Positions 56,798 to 64,000 of a stretch of DNA of 64,000 nt are shown here, one piece after another. Below the pieces are notes generated by a model that did no database searches, had not been told where the DNA came from, and worked only from the letters and a program-made list of their open reading frames with translations. Numbering within the stretch: the stretch's first letter is position 1; every line of letters begins with the position of its first letter. Source of the DNA: Candidatus Eiseniibacteriota bacterium (GTDB lineage: Bacteria > Eisenbacteria > RBG-16-71-46 > DASYSL01); the NCBI GenBank assembly GCA_031431875.1, contig JANPEF010000091.1, positions 35,977 to 99,976 on the forward strand. Reading direction: 5' to 3'. The position numbers and the translations under genes were made by a program.

Positions 56798-57311
56798 CGT
56801 CGTCCTCCGGGTACACGGCCAGGAACGCGTTGCGCGCGCGGGCCAGGAACACGCCGACGCTCGCCTCGTTCAGCTCGAGAATGCGCGCGAGATCCCGGTA
56901 ACCGTAGCCCTCGGCGCGCAGCAGCAGCAGTTGGCGATCCCGCTCGGACAGCCGATCGAGCGCGCCCCGCACGCGCGCGCGGAGCTTCGCCGCATCGCCG
57001 GCGGCCTCGGGATCGGGCGGCGCATCGCCCACCAGCCGCTCGCCGGGAACGCGGTCGAGCAGGCGCGCCCGCCGGAGCCGCGTCGCCCGCTCGTTGCGCA
57101 TGAGATTGAGCGCCACGGTCACCAGCCACGCTCCCGGCGAGTCGGGCATCGCGGAGCGTCGGTGCAGGCGCACGAACGCCTCCTGCGCCAGGTCCGAGGC
57201 CCGCTCCCCGTCGCCGGTGAGGCGGGCGAGAAAGCGGAGCAGGCCCGGGAACTGGCCTTCGTACAGGGCCACGAACGCGTCGTGGAAGGGGGTCCGCTCG
57301 TCCGGGCTCGT
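56784..57311 (-). CDS. ECF RNA polymerase sigma-70 factor (start uncertain, possibly ACG)
   Basis: ASDLAQEAFVRL, WLVTVALNL, LSERDRQLLLLRAEGYGYRDLA..VGVFLARA. Confidence 0.88.
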   Translation of the reverse strand, partial: TSPDERTPFHDAFVALYEGQFPGLLRFLARLTGDGERASDLAQEAFVRLHRRSAMPDSPGAWLVTVALNLMRNERATRLRRARLLDRVPGERLVGDAPPDPEAAGDAAKLRARVRGALDRLSERDRQLLLLRAEGYGYRDLARILELNEASVGVFLARARNAFLAVYPEDDDASR

Positions 57312-57332
57312 CTCGCCTCCTCGTCTCTTCCT

Positions 57333-57367
57333 GAAGGAACCCGCCACGCGACCACGCCGTGACAGCC
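57333..57367 (-). promoter_or_regulatory. ECF sigma-type promoter GGCTGTCACG-N16-GGTTCCTTC (autoregulatory)
   Basis: Identical boxes and spacing to 56023-56057. Confidence 0.75.
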
Positions 57368-57376
57368 GCTGCGACG

Positions 57377-59670
57377 TCAGTACCGGCCCTCGACCCCGAA
57401 CACGAGCGGCGCGAGCGGCCGCATCTCGACCGGCTCGGCCGCTGCACCAGCCGAGCGCCGGGTGTAGGTGAGCACGTTCGCCCGGTCGAGCAGGTTCGTC
57501 AGCGTGAGGAACGCGGTGATCGACGCGTCGCGTCCCCCCAGAGCGACGTGCCAGTGCTTGCGCACGCCGAGGTCGAGCCGCACGTAGTCGGGCAGGGCGG
57601 TTCCGCCGCGCGGCACGTCGGCCAGCTCGGGACTGCCCACGAACTCGCAACCGCGATCGAGGAAGTTACACGACTCCCACTCGATCGGCCCCACGGACGT
57701 CGTGCTGCGGCGTCCGAACAGCGTCGCCGCACCGAGGCGAAGCATGGTGCTCGCCGAGGCGAAGTAGACGACTCCCGCGGAGACGCGATGCCGGGCGGAG
57801 TGCTGCGGCACGTACGTCGAGTCGGCGTAATGGAGTCGCACCTGCTCATACGCGTAATCGAGGAGGCCGCCCCAGCGCGCAGTACGCAGCGTGAACCCGG
57901 CCGAGGCGCCCGCGCCGTCCATGCGTCCCTCGACGAAGCCGCGCGTGGCGAACGGGGCGCCGCCGCGTGGCGCGACCAGGACCAGATCGTCCGCGTCGCG
58001 CAGCCACGCGGAGACCTCGAAGCGAAGCGCCGGTCCCAGCCGCCCCGCGGCATCGACGCCGACGAAGTCGCCGCTCGCAACGGGCACCGTCGACGCATCG
58101 GCGGCGAGGTCGAGGCTGGCCGGGAACACCGCGCCCACGACCGACTCCGGGTTGCGCAGCGATTGGGTGAACTGCCGCGTGCGCGCATAGCGCAGCGAGA
58201 CGACGCCGTCGGCGCCCGCGTGCATCGAGACGCGCGCCTGCCCGGCCGGATACACGCGCTGATCGAGCGCAGCAAGCGATGCGCCGAGGCCGATCTCGGT
58301 CGCGGCGCCGACGCGGCGCGCGTGCTCCGCGGACAGGCTCGGAATGACCGGTGCGGCGGCGAGGTCGGCGACCGCCCCACCGTCGACCCGGTACTCCGTG
58401 TCCAGGCGCTCGACGCGCAGCGCGGCGCGCGTTGCGCCGTCCACCCAGGCGAGCCGGGCCGCCGTGTCGTGTCGGCGGGCCGAGACCTCGGTCGCCGTGT
58501 CGGGGAGGACCCACACTGCCGAGCCGTGGCTGCGCGCGTCCCACACGGCGAGTCGCAGTTCGCCCGCGCCGACGGCACGGCGCAGGGAGAGCCCCAGCGT
58601 CTGCGCGCCCCACTTGAACTCGTGGTTGCCGGGGGGTCCGCCCGCCGCCGCCTCGGCGGTGGCGTCGACGTCGTTGTCGTGCGCCGCGAAGAGCAGTCCC
58701 AGGCGCTGCGCCCCGAGCGGCACGTCGACGCGGGCGAGCCCGTCGCCGATCACGCTGGTGAGGTACGAGTCCTCGGACTTCGGCGTGAACAGGTCGTGAA
58801 TGCCGGAGCGCAGGGCGAGCCCGTAGCCCGCGCCGGCGCCGCCCAGAGGGCCATCGACCGCGAGACGCGCCTGGGTGGTCGACAGCGCGACCTGCGCGCG
58901 CGCCGACGGCCCAAAGGCGCGCAGCGAACCTTCGACCGTGCCCGAGAGATGGTCCGTCCCGTCCGGCGCGGGCCGCGTGGACCACAGGCGGAGCAGCGAC
59001 AGGACGTCGGGGTTCCACGCGCTCGTGATGCCCGCGGCGTGATACGGCTGGTGCATCGGGATGCCGTCGAGCAGGTAGCCCGTCTGGTCCGCGGCGCCGC
59101 CGTGCACGTGGAGCCCGCTCGGCGTCTCGGGATCGAGCGCCACGTCGGTCCCGACGAGCGCCTGGAACGCGTCCGGCTCGGCGAGCAACGGATGCTGGCG
59201 CAGCGCCGGGGCCTCGAGCTCGCGGTCGTGCGTCGTCGCCGAGTCGGGGGACACGGGTCGGGGCAGCGCGATCGGCATACGCACGTCCACGCGCGGGAGG
59301 CGAACCGGTTCGGGATGGAGCGCAATGTCGATCGCCAGCGGACCGGACGCGGGAACGAGCGCGTGGACGGTGCGCGCGCGGTAGCCGACCAGCCGGACCG
59401 CGAGATCGTGCGGCCCGGCGGCCGGATCGTCGAACGCGTAGCGCCCGGTCGAGTCGGTGACGAGCGCCCACCCCGCCTCGACCAGCGTGACGCGCGCGCC
59501 GGCGAGCGGGCGCTGGTCGACCGCGTCGCGCACGACGCCGTAGAGGCGTCCCTCGCCCTGCGCGATCGCGACAGGACCGAGGGTCATCGCCAGCGCGAGC
59601 AGGGCGAAGCCGAGCCCGCGTGCGAAGACGCGAGCCCGCGCGGCGGCTGCGAGGGAGTCGATTCGCAGGA
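57377..59670 (-). CDS. TonB-dependent receptor-like outer-membrane protein with carboxypeptidase-regulatory N-domain (start uncertain)
   Basis: GVVRDA..PLAGARV..TDSTGRY; plug VHGGAADQTGYLLDGIP; C-terminal LPDYVRLDL..NLLDRAN..FGVEGRY. Confidence 0.8.
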
Positions 59671-59702
59671 TGCCCCCCTTCGACGAGATCGGGTCCGATG
59701 GA

Positions 59703-59983
59703 TCACCCCTCGATGGCGGGTGCTCCGTGGCCCCAGCCATCGGTCAGGGCCGACTTGATGATGACGCCCCTTGCTCGTTCCATGAGCTTGTTCCCGTGCG
59801 TTTGCGGCCACGCGCCCATGTGGTGGAGCTGCGAGACGACGATCGAAGGGTGCACTCCCAACCGCTTCGCGAACTTCTGGATGTCGGAGAGGGAGAACGC
59901 GGGAGCCTTTCGGGCGAAGAAGGCCTCCATCTCCACCCTCGGGATCAGGACCCCCGCCGCAAAGTCATTGGCGCGGGCTTCTA
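59703..59983 (-). pseudogene. C-terminal fragment of a HigA/ImmA-IrrE-type protein
   Basis: EARANDFAAGVLIP..FAKRLGVHPSIVVSQL..DGWG; the 5' part is replaced by the transposase relic. Confidence 0.7.
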
Positions 59984-59986
59984 GCC

Positions 59987-60328
59987 TCGGCCCGGATCAT
60001 GAACGACGAGTTCACCAGATGCATCGGCATCGGCAAGCAGTTCGAGGGCGGGCACCAGACCGTCAACCACGGCCGGACGAGTACGCCCGGGGAGACGTGA
60101 CCACCAATACCGTGGAGTCCTTCTTCGCCCTCTTGAAGTGGGGCATCCACGGCACGTTTCACGCGGTCAGCAAAGCACCTGCACCGCTACCTGTCCGAGT
60201 TCGAGTTCAGGTACAACGCGCGGTTTGTCGACGACGGGGAGCGGACACGGCTGGCGATCAAGGCCAGCGACGGTAGGCGGCTGCGGTACAGGGAGCCAGC
60301 GCATAACCCAATGCCCGACAAGGCATAG
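59987..60328 (+). mobile_element. IS1595-family DDE transposase C-terminal relic (two frameshifts)
   Basis: ARIMNDE..GGHQTVNH / EYARGDVTTNTVESFFALLK.GIHGTFHAVSK / KHLHRYLSEFEFRYN, spread over shifted frames. Confidence 0.88.
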
Positions 60329-60381
60329 GCGGACTGCTTAGAATTCTCTGGCGCATCGTGAAGCCCATGGGCACACTTCTA

Positions 60382-60455
60382 GTGAATCCGAAACCCGGCG
60401 GCATTGCGGGTGTACGATTCACCCGGGCCCCTCGCAAGAGGGGCCTGCCTTTTTT
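60382..60455 (+). ncRNA. Candidate structured RNA abutting the DUF3800 stop codon
   Basis: GTGAATC/GATTCAC and ACCCG/CGGGT stems, GGCCCCTC-GCAA-GAGGGGCC hairpin, GGCA/TGCC pairing, T6 tract. Confidence 0.55.
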
Positions 60456-61222
60456 CATAGGCGCACAATTCCGCGCTGATCTCCAGTCGCAGCATGCAGG
60501 CAGAAGATTGGACGCAGGCGGTTGAAGTAGTGCCTCGCTCCCTTGCGCCGAATGTACCCGTTCGGGTCAAGCTCTTGGTACAGCAGGTACGCAACAAGGT
60601 CGGCGGCCTGAGTGAAATACGAGTGCGCCGAGTCCTTGAAGAACGGGTCCTCAATCAAGTTGAGGATCGGCAGATTTCGGTACCCCCCACCATACTGTGG
60701 CTGATTCGGGACCGGATTGAATCGCCGCAGACGACGAACCAGATTTGTGAGCTTCTTCGTATTCGTCTGATCGGGCAAGAGCATCCCCCAATCCCGCGGA
60801 TTTGCAGACCCAGGGAAATTTTGGTAGCTCATGGTGTTGGAGAATCGCTGAATCAGCGCTCTCCATGCGTTGTCGAATACGTCGTAGTCGGGGGCCTTGC
60901 CCACCTTGTCCACGACGACGTTTATCGTCCGGAAGTCTGTCATCCCACTCAGTTCGTTTGCAAAGAAGCGGAGAATGGAGAGGCGCACGTCTCGCTTCAA
61001 GTACGCAGCGGGGCCAGGAGAGCTGATAAAGTGGGCCGCGTGAATTTCATGCTTCAGTAGTAGACCCGGCGCGTTTCGAAGTCGCTTCCTGAAGGCGATA
61101 AGCTGATCCATGTACGGAAGCCAGCGCGATTCGTGCAGAACGAGCCCCGAAAGGACAAAGTACCGCGTCGGGGAATTGACCATCCCCGGATCTCCGCTCT
61201 CATCCACGTAAATCAGGTACAC
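60455..61222 (-). CDS. DUF3800 domain protein (RNase H-like fold)
   Basis: N-terminal YVDESG, EIHA, C-terminal DSAHSYFTQAADLVAY; intact 255 aa; lower GC than the host genes. Confidence 0.9.
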   Translation of the reverse strand: MYLIYVDESGDPGMVNSPTRYFVLSGLVLHESRWLPYMDQLIAFRKRLRNAPGLLLKHEIHAAHFISSPGPAAYLKRDVRLSILRFFANELSGMTDFRTINVVVDKVGKAPDYDVFDNAWRALIQRFSNTMSYQNFPGSANPRDWGMLLPDQTNTKKLTNLVRRLRRFNPVPNQPQYGGGYRNLPILNLIEDPFFKDSAHSYFTQAADLVAYLLYQELDPNGYIRRKGARHYFNRLRPIFCLHAATGDQRGIVRL

Positions 61223-61234
61223 CTTCCCCCCCGG

Positions 61235-61321
61235 TGTCCGCGGGGGGACGCGAACCCCCACGGCGCTGTTTCGCCACACGATTCCAAACCGCGCGTGTCT
61301 TCCACTTTCCACGACGCGGAC
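61235..61321 (-). tRNA. Atypical tRNA or tRNA-like gene: Leu-type class II body with TGG (Pro) anticodon
   Basis: GTCCGCG TC GTG GAAAGTGGAAGA CAC G CGCGG TTTGGAA TCGTG T GGCG AAACAG CGCC GT GGGGG TTCGCGT CCCCC CGCGGAC A: complete 7/3/5/V/5 cloverleaf. Confidence 0.75.
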
Positions 61322-61922
61322 ACACGATGGACACCCGCTGCGCCTGTCAATCGTTGGCCGCAGCTACACTAGAGAGTTGGCGGGAGCAAATCGAATCGCC
61401 AGGCCGGAGCGGGTTCTGATCCACCCGCCCGGCCCCTTCTCCTTGCGCCGCCGTAGCGTTTGCAAGACCTTGAACAGGGCCACGGGTAATGTCCCCTGTC
61501 GCGTCCGTCAAGCCCCAGCAGTCCTCGTCAGGCCCCGATCCTGTCACGCTGGCCGTCCCCGGCCCGTGGGAGGACACCATCGGCCATGCTGTCCGCACCG
61601 CCAAGCCCGAGTCCGGCTTCCCGGAGCGTCCGGCCCAAAAACGGAAACGCCGCCCTTCGAAGCGAACCCCCGCCACGGGGAGCTGAGAAACACGCCCAGA
61701 CTTCGGGCGCGGCCCTCGCGGTTCCCCATGTGGCAGGTGGCTGGCTCCAAAGGTCGGCGCTCTGCCGCCTTCGGCATTTCTGGGGGCAGAATAACAGGTC
61801 TATCCCGGTGCGGGAAATTGAATTGCGGTAAGGATCTGCTTCCCAACTTATTTTATGACATTGATATACAGGACCACCGCCTTGGGGCAGGGCGGTTCAG
61901 ACCACGCCTCGACCCGGATGCG

Positions 61923-64000
61923 CTACTGCACCCGCACCCGGAACGTTACCGAACCGCTGCCACCCGGCGCGAGCGCGCCGGTCATCGTCCAGGTGACCGG
62001 CCCGGTGGCCCCCGCCGACGGCTGCGCGCTCACGCCACAGGCTGAGAGCCCCGCCCCCGGCGCCCCGCAGGTCGCGTCCTCGAACACCGTGTAGGCCGGC
62101 GTCGCGTCGGCGATCGCGATCGCGGTCAACGGTGAGTTCGACAGGTTCGTGTACGTGATCGTGTACGTGATCACGTCGCCCGGCAGCGCGTTCGCACGGT
62201 CGACCGCCTTCGTGAGCGCAAGCCCCCCGCCGGCAGCGAGCACCGTCGTCAGGTCGGTGAGCTGCGCCGCAGCGCCGAGCGCAGGCGCGACGTTCGCATA
62301 CGCAAACGCGGTGCTGAGCGTCGCCAGCTCGGTCGCCCCGACCGGCGCACCCGCGGGCGCGGTGTGGCGCGCCACCAGACAGACCCGCTCGCCGGCGACG
62401 AGCGCAAGCGGCGCCCCGCCGACCGCCACTTCGCCCGGATCGACGACGCCGTCGCAATCGAGGTCGCGCACGACCTCGTAGCCCCAGCCCGCGATTGCCG
62501 GGGACGGCGCCTGCACGTCGGAGAACGTGACTGCGCCGGCGCTTCGCGCCGTATAAACGTGCGGATAGAGCGCGACGCCGGCGGGCGCGACGCTCGCGGC
62601 ACCGGCGGCGGCGAACGCGTTCGGCGGGACATCCCCAAAGAGCACGCCCGTCGCGATCGTGCCGTTGGCAGCGGTGAACGTCACGCGGTCGGTGGCGCGC
62701 ACGTACGTCCCGCCGGTCGTGCCCGCGGCTCCCGAGACGGAGAGCCACGCGGCCGAGTTTGTCTCGACCACCGCGGCCGCCGCGCCCCCGGCCGAACCCG
62801 GGAACCACAGCGCGAACGCACCCCCGCCGTCGGTCGATGTCGAGTCGCATACGCCGCCGACGCACGCCGGCACCGCGGCGCGCAGCTCGACCGCCACGCC
62901 CGGAACGCCGGGCTCGCCGGCCTGGAGAACGCCGTCGTTCGCGCCCGCGCCACCAAAGCCACCCGCGCCGTCGTCGCGGAACACACGACCTTCGACGCGC
63001 CCGCCGTGCCACATCCCGAAGTTCTGGTTGGCGAGCCCGCCGAGTCCGGGCACCGTCGCCGGGCGCGTGCCCGGCGCGGCCTCGGTGCCGATGCGCGCGG
63101 CCGGATAGCCCGGCGTCACGTCGCCCGCGGTTGCGTTGTCGTCGAGCACGAGCGTGTAGTCGCCCTCGGCGACCGAGGGGAAGCCGTATGCGCCGGTTGT
63201 CGGATCGGCGGCGGCGACCTGCTGGGCGCTCGCGGGGGACGTCACCGCGACGAGCTTCACCCACGTCGCCACGCCCGTGCCGTTCTCGCCCGGGCTGCGC
63301 GAGGCGTCGTGGTCGAGATCGGCGTAGGCGAAGCCCGTCACCGGGACGCCGCCGCCCACCAGCACGCGGCCGCCGAACTCGGACGTGCCCGTGCCGGTGA
63401 TCGTCGCAGTCGCCGACAGCGAGCGGCCCGGTGTCACCCCCGGCGGCAGTGCGACGACGAATCGGAAGCGTGTCGTGTTGTCGCTGCCCTGGTCGATCCC
63501 GTTGACGTTCGGAGCATAGGCCGAGGCGCTCGCATCGAGGTCGCTGCCCGAGCCCTCGACGACGGTGGTCGCGTAGGTCTGCCCCTCGCCGAAGCCGGAG
63601 GGATCGGCGTCGGTCAAGAACAGCTCGATGGTCGAGCCCGGGCGCGCCCAGCCGGCGATCGTGAGCGTGGTCGCGCCGGCGACCGCGGTCTCGAGCACGG
63701 GGAAGTTGAGCAGCGCGTTGGCGCCGGTGTCGCCGTCGCCGGTGTCGTTCCTGGTCACGAACGGCGCCGTGCCCTTCGCCGCGTCGTCGCCGGTGCGCAA
63801 GAGATCGATGCCGAGCTGATTGGTCGCCGCGTTGCCGAAGGCGAGGTTGCGCGTCAGCACGACGTTCGTCGAGCCGTTGAGCAACAGCGCGCCCGCGCCG
63901 TAGTTGCCCGTCAGGATGTTGCGGTCGAGCCGGTGCCCGCTGCCGCCCACGCGCACGCCCGGCGTTTCGGCGGTGCCCACCGTGCCGATGCCGTTCCCGG
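61923..64000 (-). CDS. Large surface protein with beta-helix, SdrD-B-like and DUF11 domains (5' end outside the window)
   Basis: LGIDL..NFPVL beta-helix tail; GRVFRDDG..GEPG; LALTKAVD..PGDVITYTITYTN DUF11. Confidence 0.85.
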   Translation of the reverse strand, partial: GNGIGTVGTAETPGVRVGGSGHRLDRNILTGNYGAGALLLNGSTNVVLTRNLAFGNAATNQLGIDLLRTGDDAAKGTAPFVTRNDTGDGDTGANALLNFPVLETAVAGATTLTIAGWARPGSTIELFLTDADPSGFGEGQTYATTVVEGSGSDLDASASAYAPNVNGIDQGSDNTTRFRFVVALPPGVTPGRSLSATATITGTGTSEFGGRVLVGGGVPVTGFAYADLDHDASRSPGENGTGVATWVKLVAVTSPASAQQVAAADPTTGAYGFPSVAEGDYTLVLDDNATAGDVTPGYPAARIGTEAAPGTRPATVPGLGGLANQNFGMWHGGRVEGRVFRDDGAGGFGGAGANDGVLQAGEPGVPGVAVELRAAVPACVGGVCDSTSTDGGGAFALWFPGSAGGAAAAVVETNSAAWLSVSGAAGTTGGTYVRATDRVTFTAANGTIATGVLFGDVPPNAFAAAGAASVAPAGVALYPHVYTARSAGAVTFSDVQAPSPAIAGWGYEVVRDLDCDGVVDPGEVAVGGAPLALVAGERVCLVARHTAPAGAPVGATELATLSTAFAYANVAPALGAAAQLTDLTTVLAAGGGLALTKAVDRANALPGDVITYTITYTNLSNSPLTAIAIADATPAYTVFEDATCGAPGAGLSACGVSAQPSAGATGPVTWTMTGALAPGGSGSVTFRVRVQ

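Noticed and set aside
61235..61321. Allo-tRNA or tRNA-Sec, or an att-site fragment
   Set aside because: The fold is canonical 7/5 rather than 8/4, 9/3 or 8/5; the anticodon is not UCA; it is full length with no duplicated 3' end or integrase in the window.
61321..61350. TTGACA as the sigma-70 promoter of the tRNA-like gene
   Set aside because: It is only about 24 nt from the tRNA 5' end and has no good -10 at 16-18 nt spacing, so it is left uncalled.

Overview
A high-GC bacterial chromosomal window. Its many secreted proteins end in a FlgD-Ig/T9SS-like C-terminal domain or a (T/S)WGxxKxxY tail, which suggests a Ca. Eisenbacteria/Krumholzibacteriota-like FCB lineage (inference). Housekeeping and accessory genes include pepA, an SDR, a GT2, TetR + S41 peptidase, Fur, HtrA, a Kef antiporter, two Ser/Thr kinase-TPR proteins, a sulfurtransferase, a ferredoxin, an AAA+/VWA pair, an alkaline phosphatase and a glutaryl-CoA-type dehydrogenase. 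There are two ECF sigma/anti-sigma loci whose promoter motifs can be read directly from the DNA, and a Fur-boxed FTR1-DUF2318/MacB-type iron uptake operon whose ATPase is fused to a DtxR-like metal-binding domain. Gene relics are unusually common. The best candidate for an undescribed system is at about 59.7-61.5 kb, next to an IS1595 transposase relic: a full-length tRNA-like gene with a leucine-type class II body but a UGG (Pro) anticodon lies 12 nt upstream of an intact DUF3800 (RNase H-like) gene, which is followed directly by a compact structured RNA ending in a GNRA hairpin and U-tract. Other notable items are a MITE-like palindromic element at 46.1-46.7 kb and a related CGTACG array at 54.2 kb. 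All calls were made by eye from motifs; no database searches were run.
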